Shown: positions 1 to 11,776 of the stretch, piece after piece
Layout of the letters: each line of letters starts with the position of its first letter
Numbering within the stretch: position 1 is the stretch's first letter
Made by a program: the position numbers and the translations under genes
Assembly (NCBI RefSeq): GCF_009931435.1
Contig: NZ_CP043414.1
DNA from: Escherichia coli
GTDB lineage: Bacteria > Pseudomonadota > Gammaproteobacteria > Enterobacterales > Enterobacteriaceae
Reading direction: 5' to 3' (one strand)
DNA: 64,000 nt
The notes under the pieces: generated by a model
Database searches by the model: none
What the model was told of the DNA's origin: nothing
The model's input: the letters and a program-made list of their open reading frames with translations, nothing else

Positions 1-235
1 TGGCGGCAATCTGGCGCTCAATCTCGGGACATTTGGCGGCGTGTTTATTGCCGGTGGTATCGTGCCGCGCTTCCTTGAGTTCTTCAAAGCCTCCGGTTTC
101 CGTGCCGCATTTGAAGATAAAGGGCGCTTTAAAGAATATGTCCATGATATTCCGGTGTATCTCATCGTCCATGACAATCCGGGCCTTCTCGGTTCCGGCG
201 CACATTTACGCCAGACCTTAGGCCACATTCTGTAA
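1..235 (+). CDS. glk: Glucokinase, C-terminal part (5' end outside window)
   Basis: ORF 41..235 translates to ...[63 protein letters not shown], the Glk C-terminus; frame is open back to the window edge. Confidence 0.85.
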
Positions 236-453
236 ATCCTTCCTGTCAAATCGGGAGATAACTCTCCCGATAATCTTTTAAATCAAACAGTTAATCCTAT
301 TTTTCTTTGTGTCTCCTCACAAGGCCGACCTGCGTCACACTTCCGTACAGCGGGATTAATTCTCCAGTAAATGCATTATTTGTCTGGTAACGGCGATTTG
401 TTTTGCACGTTCATAATTTCACTCGTCAACTATCACTGAACGAGGAATTAACG

Positions 454-780
454 ATGAGTAAGAAACTGATTGCCTTATGTGCCTGCCCTATGGGCCTGGC
501 TCACACCTTTATGGCCGCTCAGGCGCTGGAAGAAGCGGCGGTGGAAGCCGGCTATGAAGTGAAAATTGAAACTCAGGGTGCGGATGGCATCCAGAACCGC
601 CTGACGGCGCAGGATATCGCCGAAGCGACCATCATCATTCATTCCGTGGCAGTTACACCAGAAGATAACGAACGTTTCGAATCACGCGACGTTTATGAAA
701 TCACTTTGCAGGACGCAATTAAAAACGCTGCGGGCATCATCAAAGAAATCGAAGAGATGATTGCCTCTGAACAACAGTAA
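454..780 (+). CDS. fryB: PTS fructose-like enzyme IIB component
   Basis: MSKKLIALCACPMGLAHTFMAA... PTS EIIB(Fru) fold with active-site Cys; ATG at 454 preceded by GAGGAA; 108 aa from this start. Confidence 0.85.
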   Translation: MSKKLIALCACPMGLAHTFMAAQALEEAAVEAGYEVKIETQGADGIQNRLTAQDIAEATIIIHSVAVTPEDNERFESRDVYEITLQDAIKNAAGIIKEIEEMIASEQQ

Positions 781-801
781 TATTCGACAGGGATAATTGT
801 T

Positions 802-2049
802 ATGGCCATTAAAAAACGCAGTGCAACCGTTGTGCCTGGCGCATCCGGTGCGGCAGCGGCAATTAAGAATCCGCAGGCCTCTAAAACCAGCTTCTGGGGT
901 GAACTCCCGCAGCATGTGATGTCAGGGATTTCACGCATGGTGCCGACCTTAATTATGGGCGGTGTGATCCTCGCTTTCAGCCAGCTGATTGCTTATAGCT
1001 GGCTTAAAATTCCTGCGGATATCGGCATCATGGATGCGCTTAATAGCGGGAAATTCTCCGGTTTCGACCTCTCCTTACTGAAGTTTGCCTGGCTGTCACA
1101 GTCCTTTGGTGGCGTGCTGTTTGGCTTTGCCATACCGATGTTTGCCGCTTTTGTGGCGAACTCCATCGGCGGCAAACTGGCGTTCCCGGCTGGTTTTATC
1201 GGCGGCTTGATGTCTACCCAGCCTACGCAACTGCTGAACTTCGATCCCAGCACGATGCAATGGGCGACCTCTTCGCCGGTGCCGTCCACCTTCATTGGTG
1301 CCCTGATTATTTCTATCGTTGCGGGTTACCTTGTGAAGTGGATGAACCAGAAAATCCAGTTACCGGATTTCCTGTTAGCGTTCAAAACCACATTTTTGCT
1401 ACCGATTCTTTCCGCCATTTTTGTCATGCTGGCGATGTACTACGTGATCACGCCGTTTGGTGGCTGGATCAACGGCGGGATCCGTACCGTGCTGACCGCT
1501 GCAGGTGAGAAGGGCGCGCTGATGTACGCAATGGGCATTGCGGCGGCGACCGCAATCGACCTCGGTGGTCCAATCAACAAAGCCGCAGGTTTCGTTGCCT
1601 TCAGCTTTACCACTGACCACGTATTACCGGTCACCGCACGTTCTATCGCTATCGTTATTCCACCGATTGGTCTGGGTCTGGCGACCATTATTGACCGTCG
1701 TTTAACCGGCAAACGCCTGTTCAACGCTCAGCTTTATCCGCAGGGTAAAACCGCCATATTCCTTGCCTTTATGGGGATCAGTGAGGGTGCGATTCCGTTT
1801 GCGCTGGAAAGCCCCATCACCGCTATTCCGTCCTATATGGTTGGCGCGATTGTCGGCTCAACCGCCGCAGTCTGGCTGGGTGCAGTTCAATGGTTCCCGG
1901 AATCTGCTATCTGGGCATGGCCGCTGGTCACTAACCTCGGTGTCTATATGGCGGGGATCGCGCTGGGAGCAATCATTACTGCGCTGATGGTGGTGTTCCT
2001 GCGTCTGATGATGTTCCGTAAAGGCAAATTGTTAATCGATAGCCTGTAA
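802..2049 (+). CDS. fryC: PTS fructose-like enzyme IIC permease
   Basis: 415-aa polytopic membrane protein immediately downstream of the IIB gene; synteny with the fry cluster. Confidence 0.85.
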   Translation: MAIKKRSATVVPGASGAAAAIKNPQASKTSFWGELPQHVMSGISRMVPTLIMGGVILAFSQLIAYSWLKIPADIGIMDALNSGKFSGFDLSLLKFAWLSQSFGGVLFGFAIPMFAAFVANSIGGKLAFPAGFIGGLMSTQPTQLLNFDPSTMQWATSSPVPSTFIGALIISIVAGYLVKWMNQKIQLPDFLLAFKTTFLLPILSAIFVMLAMYYVITPFGGWINGGIRTVLTAAGEKGALMYAMGIAAATAIDLGGPINKAAGFVAFSFTTDHVLPVTARSIAIVIPPIGLGLATIIDRRLTGKRLFNAQLYPQGKTAIFLAFMGISEGAIPFALESPITAIPSYMVGAIVGSTAAVWLGAVQWFPESAIWAWPLVTNLGVYMAGIALGAIITALMVVFLRLMMFRKGKLLIDSL

Positions 2050-2063
2050 GAAGGAAAATCCAG

Positions 2064-3149
2064 ATGACATTACTCGCTTCGCTGCGCGACTGGCTTAAGG
2101 CGCAACAACTGGATGCGGTGCTTCTCTCCTCACGGCAGAACAAACAACCGCATCTGGGGATCTCCACCGGATCAGGCTATGTGGTGATTAGCCGTGAAAG
2201 TGCGCACATTCTGGTGGATTCGCGCTATTACGCGGATGTAGAAGCCCGCACGCAAGGCTACCAGCTGCATTTGCTTGACGCGACGAACACGCTTACCACT
2301 ATCGTCAGGCAAATCATTGCCGATGAGCAGTTGCAAACGCTCGGTTTTGAAGGCCAGCAGGTAAGTTGGGAAACCGCGCACCGCTGGCAGTCTGAACTCA
2401 ATGCGAAATTGGTAAGCGCCACGCCGGATGTGCTGCGGCAAATCAAAACGCCAGAGGAGGTGGAGAAAATCCGCCTCGCCTGTGGGATTGCCGATCGCGG
2501 TGCAGAGCATATTCGCCGCTTTATTCAGGCGGGGATGAGCGAATGCGAGATTGCTGCTGAACTGGAGTGGTTTATGCGCCAGCAGGGCGCAGAAAAAGCC
2601 TCTTTTGACACCATTGTCGCCAGTGGCTGGCGTGGGGCGCTGCCGCACGGCAAAGCCAGCGACAAGATTGTTGCAGCGGGCGAGTTTGTCACTCTTGATT
2701 TTGGTGCGCTGTATCAGGGCTACTGCTCTGATATGACGCGTACCTTGCTGGTGAATGGCGAAGGGGTGAGCGCCGAATCTCACCCGCTGTTTGATGTGTA
2801 TAACATTGTCCTGCAGGCACAGCTCGCGGCAATCTCCGCGATTCGCCCCGGCGTGCGCTGCCAGCAGGTTGACGACGCCGCGCGCCGGGTCATTACAGAA
2901 GCCGGTTATGGCGACTATTTCGGTCATAACACCGGTCATGCTATCGGCATTGAAGTCCATGAAGATCCGCGTTTTTCACCGCGGGACACCACGACGCTAC
3001 AGCCAGGGATGTTACTGACCGTGGAGCCGGGGATTTATTTGCCAGGGCGAGGGGGCGTGCGCATCGAAGATGTCGTGCTGGTTACCCCGCAAGGCGCGGA
3101 AGTGCTCTACGCCATGCCAAAAACAGTGTTGCTCACGGGAGAGGCATAA
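2064..3149 (+). CDS. ypdF: Xaa-Pro aminopeptidase (M24 family)
   Basis: 361 aa; metal-ligand motifs of M24 peptidases (HNTGHAIG...VEPGIY); synteny. Confidence 0.85.
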   Translation: MTLLASLRDWLKAQQLDAVLLSSRQNKQPHLGISTGSGYVVISRESAHILVDSRYYADVEARTQGYQLHLLDATNTLTTIVRQIIADEQLQTLGFEGQQVSWETAHRWQSELNAKLVSATPDVLRQIKTPEEVEKIRLACGIADRGAEHIRRFIQAGMSECEIAAELEWFMRQQGAEKASFDTIVASGWRGALPHGKASDKIVAAGEFVTLDFGALYQGYCSDMTRTLLVNGEGVSAESHPLFDVYNIVLQAQLAAISAIRPGVRCQQVDDAARRVITEAGYGDYFGHNTGHAIGIEVHEDPRFSPRDTTTLQPGMLLTVEPGIYLPGRGGVRIEDVVLVTPQGAEVLYAMPKTVLLTGEA

Positions 3150-4186
3150 TGGATTTATCGCTATTAAAAGCGTTGAGCGAGGCAGATGCGATCGCCTCCT
3201 CGGAACAGGAAGTGCGGCAGATCCTGCTGGATGAAGCGGATCGACTGCAAAAAGAAGTGCGATTTGATGGCCTGGGATCGGTGCTGATCCGCCTCAATGA
3301 ATCGACAGGTCCGAAGGTGATGATCTGTGCGCATATGGACGAAGTGGGATTTATGGTGCGTAGCATCTCCCGCGAAGGGGCGATTGATGTCCTGCCAGTT
3401 GGCAATGTGCGCATGGCTGCCCGCCAGCTTCAGCCAGTACGGATCACTACTCGTGAAGAGTGCAAAATTCCCGGTTTGCTCGATGGCGAGCGGCAGGGGA
3501 ATGACGTCAGCGCCATGCGCGTGGACATTGGTGCGCGCTCGTATGACGAAGTGATGCAGGCAGGTATTCGTCCGGGCGATCGTGTCACGTTTGATACCAC
3601 TTTTCAGGTTCTCCCTCACCAGCGAGTGATGGGTAAAGCCTTTGATGACCGCCTCGGTTGCTACCTGCTGGTGACGTTACTACGTGAGCTGCACAACACC
3701 GAGCTGCCTGCGGAAGTGTGGCTGGTGGCAAGTTCCAGCGAAGAGGTGGGATTACGCGGCGGGCAAACCGCCACCCGCGCGGTGTCGCCGGACATCGCCA
3801 TTGTGCTTGATACCGCCTGCTGGGCGAAAAACTTTGATTATGGCGCGGCTAACCATCGCCAGATTGGTAACGGCCCGATGCTGGTGTTAAGCGACAAGTC
3901 GCTGATTGCGCCGCCAAAACTTACCGCGTGGATCGAAACCGTGGCGGCAGAAATTGGCGTGCCGTTACAGGCGGATATGTTCAGCAACGGCGGCACGGAT
4001 GGCGGGGCGGTGCATTTAACCGGCACTGGCGTACCCACAGTGGTGATGGGGCCAGCAACCCGCCACGGACATTGCGCCGCATCGATTGCCGACTGCCGCG
4101 ACATTTTGCAGATGCAGCAGCTTTTATCTGCCCTTATTCAACGTCTTACGCGTGAGACGGTTGTTCTACTGACGGATTTCAGATGA
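3149..4186 (+). CDS. ypdE: M42-family aminopeptidase
   Basis: 345 aa; [11 protein letters not shown] motif typical of M42 glutamyl aminopeptidases; start overlaps the ypdF stop. Confidence 0.85.
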   Translation: MDLSLLKALSEADAIASSEQEVRQILLDEADRLQKEVRFDGLGSVLIRLNESTGPKVMICAHMDEVGFMVRSISREGAIDVLPVGNVRMAARQLQPVRITTREECKIPGLLDGERQGNDVSAMRVDIGARSYDEVMQAGIRPGDRVTFDTTFQVLPHQRVMGKAFDDRLGCYLLVTLLRELHNTELPAEVWLVASSSEEVGLRGGQTATRAVSPDIAIVLDTACWAKNFDYGAANHRQIGNGPMLVLSDKSLIAPPKLTAWIETVAAEIGVPLQADMFSNGGTDGGAVHLTGTGVPTVVMGPATRHGHCAASIADCRDILQMQQLLSALIQRLTRETVVLLTDFR

Positions 4187-4210
4187 TCTCCTGATTAACC
4201 CGGAGCGGTT

Positions 4211-6706
4211 ATGTTAACGATTCAATTTCTCTGTCCTTTGCCAAACGGTCTGCATGCTCGTCCGGCGTGGGAACTTAAAGAGCAGTGCAGCCAGTGGCAA
4301 AGCGAAATCATCTTCATTAACCATCGCCAGAACGTAAAGGCCGATGCCAAAAGTTCGCTGGCGCTGATTGGCACCGGCACCTTATTTAATGACAGTTGCA
4401 GCCTGAACATTAGCGGCAGCGATGAAGAGCAGGCGCGGCGCGTGCTGGAAGAGTATATCCAGGTGCGCTTTATCGACAGCGACAGCGTTCAGCCGACGCA
4501 GGCAGAACTGACGGCGCATCCACTGCCGCGTTCATTAAGCCGCCTGAACCCTGATTTACTGTACGGCAATGTGCTGGCAAGCGGCGTCGGCGTGGGTACG
4601 CTGACCCTGTTACAGAGCAACAGCCTCGACAGTTATCGGGCAATCCCGGCCAGTGCGCAAGACTCCACCTGGCTGGAACACAGCCTGGCAACGCTTGCCG
4701 AGCAACTGAACCAGCAGTTGCGCGAGCGTGACGGCGAAAGCAAAACTATCCTCAGCGCCCATTTGTCGCTGATTCAGGATGATGAATTCGCGGGCAATAT
4801 CCGTCGCCTGATGACAGAACAGCATCAGGGGCTGGGGGCTGCGATCATCAGCAATATGGAGCAGGTTTGTGCCAAACTTTCTGCTTCTGCCAGCGATTAT
4901 CTGCGCGAGCGGGTCAGCGACATTCGTGATATCAGCGAACAATTGCTGCATATCACCTGGCCGGAACTGAAGCCGCGTAATAATCTGATGCTCGAAAAAC
5001 CGACCATTCTGGTGGCAGAGGATTTAACCCCTAGCCAGTTTTTGAGCCTCAATTTAAAAAATCTTGCGGGCATGATTCTGGAGAAAACCGGGCGCACCTC
5101 GCATACTCTGATTCTGGCCCGCGCCTCGGCGATCCCCGTACTGAGCGGCCTGCCGCTGGATGCCATTGCTCGCTATGCCGGGCAACCGGCGGTGCTTGAC
5201 GCCCAGTGCGGCGTGCTGGCTATTAATCCTGATGACGCGGTGAGTGGTTATTATCAGGTTGCGCAGACGCTGGCGGATAAACGCCAGAAACAACAGGCGC
5301 AGGCCGCCGCGCAGCTGGCCTATTCCCGTGATAACAAGCGCATTGATATCGCGGCGAATATTGGCACCGCTCTGGAAGCGCCTGGCGCGTTTGCCAACGG
5401 CGCGGAAGGTGTCGGGCTGTTTCGTACCGAAATGCTCTATATGGAGCGCGACAGTGCGCCGGACGAACAGGAACAGTTTGAAGCATACCAACAGGTGCTA
5501 CTGGCGGCGGGCGACAAGCCGATTATCTTCCGCACGATGGACATCGGCGGCGATAAAAGCATTCCTTACCTCAACATTCCCCAGGAAGAGAACCCGTTCC
5601 TCGGCTATCGCGCGGTACGAATTTACCCGGAATTTGCTGGCCTGTTCCGCACTCAACTGCGGGCTATTTTGCGTGCCGCCAGTTTCGGCAACGCCCAGCT
5701 GATGATCCCGATGGTTCACAGCCTCGATCAGATCTTATGGGTGAAGGGCGAGATCCAAAAAGCGATCGTTGAGCTTAAACGCGATGGCCTGCGTCATGCA
5801 GAGTCGATTACGCTGGGTATCATGGTGGAAGTACCGTCGGTGTGCTACATCATCGACCACTTCTGCGATGAGGTCGATTTCTTCAGTATCGGTTCTAACG
5901 ATATGACCCAGTATCTGTATGCGGTCGATCGTAATAACCCGCGCGTATCGCCGCTGTATAACCCGATTACGCCATCGTTCCTGCGCATGTTGCAGCAGAT
6001 TGTTACCACTGCGCATCAGCGCGGCAAATGGGTAGGTATTTGCGGTGAACTGGGCGGTGAAAGTCGTTATCTGCCGCTACTGCTTGGACTGGGCCTGGAT
6101 GAGCTGAGTATGAGTAGCCCGCGTATTCCGGCGGTGAAAAGCCAGCTTCGTCAACTGGATAGCGAGGCGTGTCGGGAACTGGCGCGTCAGGCATGTGAAT
6201 GCCGCAGCGCGCAGGAAATTGAAGCGTTACTTACCGCGTTTACGCCGGAAGAAGACGTTCGCCCGCTGCTGGCGCTGGAGAATATCTTTGTTGATCAGGC
6301 CTTTAGCAATAAAGAGCAGGCGATCCAGTTCCTGTGCGGCAACCTTGGCGTTAACGGGCGTACTGAACATCCGTTTGAGCTGGAAGAAGATGTCTGGCAG
6401 CGGGAAGAGATTGTCACTACTGGCGTTGGTTTTGGCGTGGCGATCCCGCACACCAAATCACAGTGGATCCGTCATTCCAGTATCAGCATTGCCCGGTTGG
6501 TGAAACCGGTTGACTGGCAGTCAGAAATGGGCGAAGTCGAACTGGTGATCATGCTGACGCTGGGCGCTAACGAAGGGATGAATCATGTGAAAGTCTTCTC
6601 GCAGCTGGCGCGTAAACTGGTGAATAAAAACTTCCGCCAGTCGCTGTTTGCCGCGCAAGATGCACAAAGTATTCTGACGCTGCTGGAAACGGAATTAACC
6701 TTCTGA
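4211..6706 (+). CDS. fryA: PTS multiphosphoryl transfer protein (HPr-like, enzyme I-like and IIA-like domains)
   Basis: 831 aa; enzyme I PEP-utilising motifs (GGRTSHTLILARA, MVEVPS, IGSNDMTQY); matches expected K-12 length. Confidence 0.85.
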   Translation: MLTIQFLCPLPNGLHARPAWELKEQCSQWQSEIIFINHRQNVKADAKSSLALIGTGTLFNDSCSLNISGSDEEQARRVLEEYIQVRFIDSDSVQPTQAELTAHPLPRSLSRLNPDLLYGNVLASGVGVGTLTLLQSNSLDSYRAIPASAQDSTWLEHSLATLAEQLNQQLRERDGESKTILSAHLSLIQDDEFAGNIRRLMTEQHQGLGAAIISNMEQVCAKLSASASDYLRERVSDIRDISEQLLHITWPELKPRNNLMLEKPTILVAEDLTPSQFLSLNLKNLAGMILEKTGRTSHTLILARASAIPVLSGLPLDAIARYAGQPAVLDAQCGVLAINPDDAVSGYYQVAQTLADKRQKQQAQAAAQLAYSRDNKRIDIAANIGTALEAPGAFANGAEGVGLFRTEMLYMERDSAPDEQEQFEAYQQVLLAAGDKPIIFRTMDIGGDKSIPYLNIPQEENPFLGYRAVRIYPEFAGLFRTQLRAILRAASFGNAQLMIPMVHSLDQILWVKGEIQKAIVELKRDGLRHAESITLGIMVEVPSVCYIIDHFCDEVDFFSIGSNDMTQYLYAVDRNNPRVSPLYNPITPSFLRMLQQIVTTAHQRGKWVGICGELGGESRYLPLLLGLGLDELSMSSPRIPAVKSQLRQLDSEACRELARQACECRSAQEIEALLTAFTPEEDVRPLLALENIFVDQAFSNKEQAIQFLCGNLGVNGRTEHPFELEEDVWQREEIVTTGVGFGVAIPHTKSQWIRHSSISIARLVKPVDWQSEMGEVELVIMLTLGANEGMNHVKVFSQLARKLVNKNFRQSLFAAQDAQSILTLLETELTF

Positions 6707-6708
6707 CG

Positions 6709-7566
6709 TTAGCCCTGAAAACGGGCGCTGTACTCTCCCGGCGTCAGGCCAAACTGACGCCGGAAGACGCGACAAAAATAGTCGCTGTCCGGAAAGCCGC
6801 AACGCTGCGCCACTTCATGAATCGACAGATGATATTTCTGCAAAATCATCCTCGCCTTCGCCATTCGCACCCAACGCACATATTCGATAAAACGCATTGT
6901 TCCATGCTGCGCAAACAGTTTTGACAGATGATTGGGCGTGATATTAAAAAACTGCGCCACGTTCTCACGGGTGAGCGGTTGGGCATAATTATCCTGAACC
7001 CAGTTACAAATGCTGTGATAGAGAAAATCGCCGCGCGGCTGCGAATTACCCGGCGGCATATTGACCACGTTGCGGCAAAGATGCAGCAAACTTAACACCA
7101 GCGGCTGAATGATATTCTGCTCCAGCGGCGAACGGCTAAGATGGGTGAGGGCAGTAAGCATTGCTTCACCTTCGCCGCGTTGCAGGCTGGGAAGTTGGAT
7201 CTGGCGAACCGGATGCAACAACGACGTGGTGTGGCTATCGTAATACGATAAACCAAGCCAGGTCGGCGCGAACACCAGACTTAACAGCATCACCAGTTTG
7301 TTGTTGACCGGTAAATTAGCCGCGCGCGCCGGAATAAACAGCATTTCTCCTTCCACTATATGTTGCTGCTTTGCTTCCAGCAGATTGCCGTATTCGCCGC
7401 GCAGCACGATATCCAGACGGGGAAAATCAATACATAAACTGCCCACCGGCAACGAGGCCGGCTGGCTGGCAAACCAGACGCGCCCCAGTAGTTGCGGGTT
7501 AAGCACCAGGCCGCTGAACAGATCGGCGAAAAATTGTTGATCGGCGGGCAAGCCTGTTGCTTTCAT
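6709..7566 (-). CDS. ypdC: AraC-family transcriptional regulator
   Basis: 285 aa; C-terminal AraC HTH (HLSIHEVAQRCGFPDSDYFCRVFRRQFGLTPGEY). Confidence 0.85.
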   Translation of the reverse strand: MKATGLPADQQFFADLFSGLVLNPQLLGRVWFASQPASLPVGSLCIDFPRLDIVLRGEYGNLLEAKQQHIVEGEMLFIPARAANLPVNNKLVMLLSLVFAPTWLGLSYYDSHTTSLLHPVRQIQLPSLQRGEGEAMLTALTHLSRSPLEQNIIQPLVLSLLHLCRNVVNMPPGNSQPRGDFLYHSICNWVQDNYAQPLTRENVAQFFNITPNHLSKLFAQHGTMRFIEYVRWVRMAKARMILQKYHLSIHEVAQRCGFPDSDYFCRVFRRQFGLTPGEYSARFQG

Positions 7567-7578
7567 GAAAGTTCCCGA

Positions 7579-8313
7579 TTACAGATGCATTAACTGGCGG
7601 AATTCTTTAACTTTGCTACGGCTGACCGGTACTTCAAAATCCAGATCTTTCAGCCGCAGAATGTAGGTGTTATTAAACCACGGTTCGATTTCGCGTATTT
7701 TGTTCAGATTGACACAAAATGAGCGATGGCAGCGGAAAAAATGCGACGGCGGCAGCTTGCTGCAAAACTCGGTAATGTTCATCGGCATTACGTAGGATTC
7801 ACGCCGCGTATAGACAAAGGTCATTTTCTCGTGCGCTTCGGCGTAATAGATATCGTTAATTGGCGTGACGATGATTCGCTCATCTTTCACCAGATTAATG
7901 GTGTCATTCTCACGCGTTACCGTCGCGGCAGGCGTACTGCTGGTCTGCTGTTGTTGCCAGGCTGCTTCCAGTTTTTGCAGCATCCCGGTAATGCGTGATT
8001 CCTGATACGGTTTGAGAATGTAGTCAAACGCTTCCAGTTCAAACGCTTCCACCGCATGTTCTTTCCACGCAGTGATGAACACAATAAACGGTTTATGGGC
8101 AAACTGGCTGATGTTTTGCGCCAGCAACACGCCATCCAGCGACGGAATATTGATATCCAGAAAAATGGCGTCGACGCGGTTATGCTGCAAAAACTTCAAC
8201 ACGTCCAGACCGTCGTCAAAGGTGCCGACAATCTCCATCTGGCTGTGCTCTTTAATCAGCCAGCTCAGTTCCTGTTGTGCCAGGAATTCGTCTTCAACAA
8301 TGATGACTTTCAC
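7579..8313 (-). CDS. ypdB: LytTR-family response regulator
   Basis: Receiver domain (KVIIVEDE...DAIFLDINIP) plus LytTR DNA-binding domain; start trimmed to the GTG codon (plus 8311-8313) giving 244 aa; the ORF track extends 6 codons further. Confidence 0.8.
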   Translation of the reverse strand: MKVIIVEDEFLAQQELSWLIKEHSQMEIVGTFDDGLDVLKFLQHNRVDAIFLDINIPSLDGVLLAQNISQFAHKPFIVFITAWKEHAVEAFELEAFDYILKPYQESRITGMLQKLEAAWQQQQTSSTPAATVTRENDTINLVKDERIIVTPINDIYYAEAHEKMTFVYTRRESYVMPMNITEFCSKLPPSHFFRCHRSFCVNLNKIREIEPWFNNTYILRLKDLDFEVPVSRSKVKEFRQLMHL

Positions 8314-8327
8314 AATATCACTCCGGC

Positions 8328-10025
8328 TCAAAGCAATAACGTAGCCTGTGAGGCGACAGGGGTGCGTTGGTTAGGAATGTAAAACGCAATTTCCGTTCCT
8401 GGTTCCAGGCGGCGGATATGCAGCCCCTCGCCATACAATAACTTCACACGATGATGGACATTCAGCAGGCCAATTTTATTGCCCGGCATTTCGTTCGCTT
8501 CGACCCGCTCAATCACCTTTGGATCGATGCCGTGCCCGGTATCTCGCACCGCAATGCGTACCCGATTCCCGCACTCAGCAACGCTGATGGTGACAACGCC
8601 TTTACCTTTGCAAGGCTGGATACCGTGGACAATGGCGTTCTCCACTAAAGGCTGGATCAGCAGGCTGGGAATGCAGCAATTCACCTCTTCATCAATATCA
8701 TAGATAACCGTCAGCTTGTCGCCAAAGCGGGCCTGCTCAATGGCAATATAGTCTTTAATTTGATACAGCTCTTTTTTGATATCGATTTGCTCATCGTCTT
8801 TTAATTCAATGTTATAGCGCAGATAACGCGACAGATTAAAGATTAACTGGCGAGCGGTATCCGGATTCAGACGGATCGACGATGAGATAGCATTCAGAGC
8901 ATTAAACAGGAAATGGGGATTAATTTTGCTTTGCAGAGCGCGAAGCTCTGCCTTATTTGCCATTTCACGTAGTTGCTCGGCGCGTGAAACCTCCAGTTGG
9001 GTGGAGATGATTTGCGACAGACCGACCGCCATTTCCTGTAATGACGAGGTAATCTGATGCGCGTGGCAGTAGTAAATTTTCAGCGTCCCGGTCACGACCC
9101 CTTTCTCCCAAAGCGGGATCACCAGCATCGAGTGGATTTCCGGTGTACGGTGGGCTTCATCATTGTTTTTGATAATGATTTTTCCGTAATTCATTGCCTG
9201 ACGCGTTGTTGGGCTAATGAAATCATCGCCATTCTGATAGTTGTGTTCCCCTACGCCAACATAGGCCAGCACATGATCGGTGTTGGTAATCGCTACCGCA
9301 TCGGCGTGAATATCATCGCGAATAATTTCACAAACTTTGCGTAATGACTCGCTATTGACATGGCGAAACAGCGGTAGCGTTTTGTTGGCGATATCCAGCG
9401 CCAGCTTGGCCTGCCGCGCGGCGCTGGCCTCTTTTTCGCCCTCAACGCTTTGCACCAGCAGCACAATAAAGCCGATACAGACGCTACCGAGGATCATTGG
9501 AATCCCGATTTTAGAGACGATATCGATCCCCAACGCGGTAGTTGGTGCCCAGACAATCACCAGAATCATGGTCAACGTTTCACACAACATGCCACCGAGA
9601 ATACCGACGCGCCAGCGCTGTGCTTTGGGGATTTTCAGGTTAATCCAGCCTGATATGCAACCCGCGAGAATACTGGTGATAAAGCACGGAATTGCCGTCA
9701 CGCCGCCGATGTCAATTAAATAACGGTGAATACCCGCAATCACACCGGTTATGATGCCTACCCACGGGCCAAATAGAATTCCGCCTGACATCACCGCGAT
9801 AATACGCACATTAACCAGCGAGCCTTCTACGGGCACGCCGGACTAGGTGCTGAACAGGGCGAACAGCGAGAAAATGGCGGTAACGGCGAGCAGCTCTTTT
9901 GGGGAGTGTGCCGACTTGTGCAACAGTTCGCGAAACAGGCGGATACGGATAAGAAAGAACAGGCAGATAAGCATTAACGCTGCCCGATCGAAGACCGCCA
10001 GCAGCATGTTGAATATTTCGTGCAC
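8328..10025 (-). pseudogene. ypdA: LytS-type sensor histidine kinase interrupted by an in-frame TAG
   Basis: Track ORFs 9843..10025 (60 aa) and 8328..9836 (502 aa) are the same frame; 60 codons + TAG (9843-9845) + 2 codons + 502 = 565 codons, the expected full length; GAF and HisKA_3/HATPase motifs in the downstream part. Confidence 0.7.
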
Positions 10026-10401
10026 GGGTGACTCTGAATAAGGATTAAACCTCTATGATAGGTAACCTGAAGGCTGATGACCAGCAGGCCGTTTTTGAGG
10101 AAAAACCACAATTTTAAAAGGGGATTGAAAGATAAATGGTGTATTAGCAATGCATCTCTTGATAATGCATATCTGTTTGGTAAATTTATTGAAATTATAA
10201 TGTTAATAGATTGAGTGGTAATTTTCTTGTTAGCGTAGATAAATTTCCTGTTTTTAAAGCGGAGTTCCTCATTTAAGGCTATTAACAAAAATGTTCTAAA
10301 ACGCTGGACAGACAGAAATTAATCAGGCTATTTTCAAAACAGCCACCATCGTGGCAGCGTCGCTCGGACGGTCCGGGCGCTCACGTTAATCTGAGGAAAT
10401 T

Positions 10402-11640
10402 ATGGCTGACACTCGCCCTGAACGTCGCTTTACGCGTATTGATCGTCTCCCACCCTACGTTTTTAACATTACCGCTGAACTGAAAATGGCTGCGCGTCGG
10501 CGCGGCGAAGATATTATCGATTTCAGTATGGGTAACCCGGACGGTGCGACCCCGCCGCATATCGTCGAAAAATTATGTACGGTGGCCCAGCGACCGGACA
10601 CGCATGGTTATTCCACCTCGCGTGGTATTCCGCGGTTACGTCGCGCCATTTCCCGCTGGTATCAGGATCGTTACGACGTCGAGATCGACCCGGAATCAGA
10701 GGCTATCGTCACCATTGGCTCGAAAGAGGGGCTGGCGCATCTGATGCTGGCGACGCTGGATCACGGTGACACTGTACTGGTGCCTAATCCAAGCTACCCG
10801 ATTCATATTTACGGCGCGGTGATTGCCGGGGCGCAGGTACGCTCAGTGCCGCTGGTGGAAGGTGTCGATTTCTTCAACGAACTGGAACGCGCCATTCGCG
10901 AAAGTTATCCGAAACCGAAGATGATGATCCTCGGCTTCCCGTCGAACCCAACCGCGCAATGCGTGGAACTGGAATTCTTTGAGAAGGTTGTGGCGCTGGC
11001 GAAACGCTACGATGTGCTGGTGGTCCATGACCTGGCCTATGCCGATATCGTCTACGATGGCTGGAAAGCGCCGTCAATCATGCAGGTGCCAGGTGCACGC
11101 GATGTGGCGGTAGAGTTCTTTACGCTGTCGAAAAGCTACAACATGGCGGGCTGGCGTATCGGCTTTATGGTCGGTAACAAAACGCTGGTCAGCGCGTTGT
11201 CACGTATTAAAAGCTATCACGATTACGGCACCTTTACGCCGTTGCAGGTGGCGGCGATTGCGGCACTGGAGGGCGATCAACAGTGCGTGCGCGATATTGC
11301 CGAACAGTACAAACGCCGCCGTGATGTACTGGTTAAAGGGCTGCATGAAGCGGGCTGGATGGTCGAAATGCCGAAGGCTTCGATGTATGTCTGGGCGAAA
11401 ATCCCGGAACCATATGCGGCCATGGGCTCACTGGAATTTGCCAAGAAAATGCTTAACGAAGCGAAGGTCTGTGTCTCTCCAGGGATTGGCTTTGGCGACT
11501 ACGGCGACACCCATGTTCGCTTTGCGCTGATTGAAAACCGCGATCGTATTCGCCAGGCGATTCGTGGAATTAAAGCGATGTTCCGTGCCGACGGTTTACT
11601 ACCCGCCAGCAGCAAACATATTCACGAAAACGCGGAATAA
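10402..11640 (+). CDS. alaC: Glutamate-pyruvate aminotransferase (class I PLP aminotransferase)
   Basis: 412 aa; aminotransferase motifs (NPxNPTG-like [20 protein letters not shown] lysine region). Confidence 0.9.
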   Translation: MADTRPERRFTRIDRLPPYVFNITAELKMAARRRGEDIIDFSMGNPDGATPPHIVEKLCTVAQRPDTHGYSTSRGIPRLRRAISRWYQDRYDVEIDPESEAIVTIGSKEGLAHLMLATLDHGDTVLVPNPSYPIHIYGAVIAGAQVRSVPLVEGVDFFNELERAIRESYPKPKMMILGFPSNPTAQCVELEFFEKVVALAKRYDVLVVHDLAYADIVYDGWKAPSIMQVPGARDVAVEFFTLSKSYNMAGWRIGFMVGNKTLVSALSRIKSYHDYGTFTPLQVAAIAALEGDQQCVRDIAEQYKRRRDVLVKGLHEAGWMVEMPKASMYVWAKIPEPYAAMGSLEFAKKMLNEAKVCVSPGIGFGDYGDTHVRFALIENRDRIRQAIRGIKAMFRADGLLPASSKHIHENAE

Positions 11641-11660
11641 ACACCATCGTCAGAAATGCA

Positions 11661-11688
11661 AACAGGAGCCAGATGGCTCCTGTTTTTC
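11661..11688 (+). terminator. Rho-independent terminator downstream of alaC
   Basis: aacaggagcc-agat-ggctcctgtt hairpin followed by tttt, 20 nt after the alaC stop. Confidence 0.7.
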
Positions 11689-11704
11689 ATTGCACAGTTT
11701 GCTT

Positions 11705-11776
11705 TTAGATCATCAGGGCAAAAGTACCGGCCCATACGATGACCATAAAAGAAATGCCCATAAAGAAATATTTCAC
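11705..11776 (-). CDS. ypdK: Small membrane protein (23 aa), not in the ORF track
   Basis: Minus-strand GTG-AAA-TAT-TTC-TTT-ATG... translates to MKYFFMGISFMVIVWAGTFALMI*; this matches my memory of the K-12 small protein YpdK at this position. Confidence 0.45.
   Translation of the reverse strand: MKYFFMGISFMVIVWAGTFALMI

Noticed and set aside
2172-2960. 262-aa minus-strand ORF inside ypdF
   Set aside because: Fully antisense to a conserved aminopeptidase gene; a typical GC-rich shadow ORF.
5054-5491. Several minus-strand and alternate-frame ORFs (73-152 aa) within fryA
   Set aside because: Arg-rich, low-complexity translations antisense or out of frame with the enzyme I-like gene.
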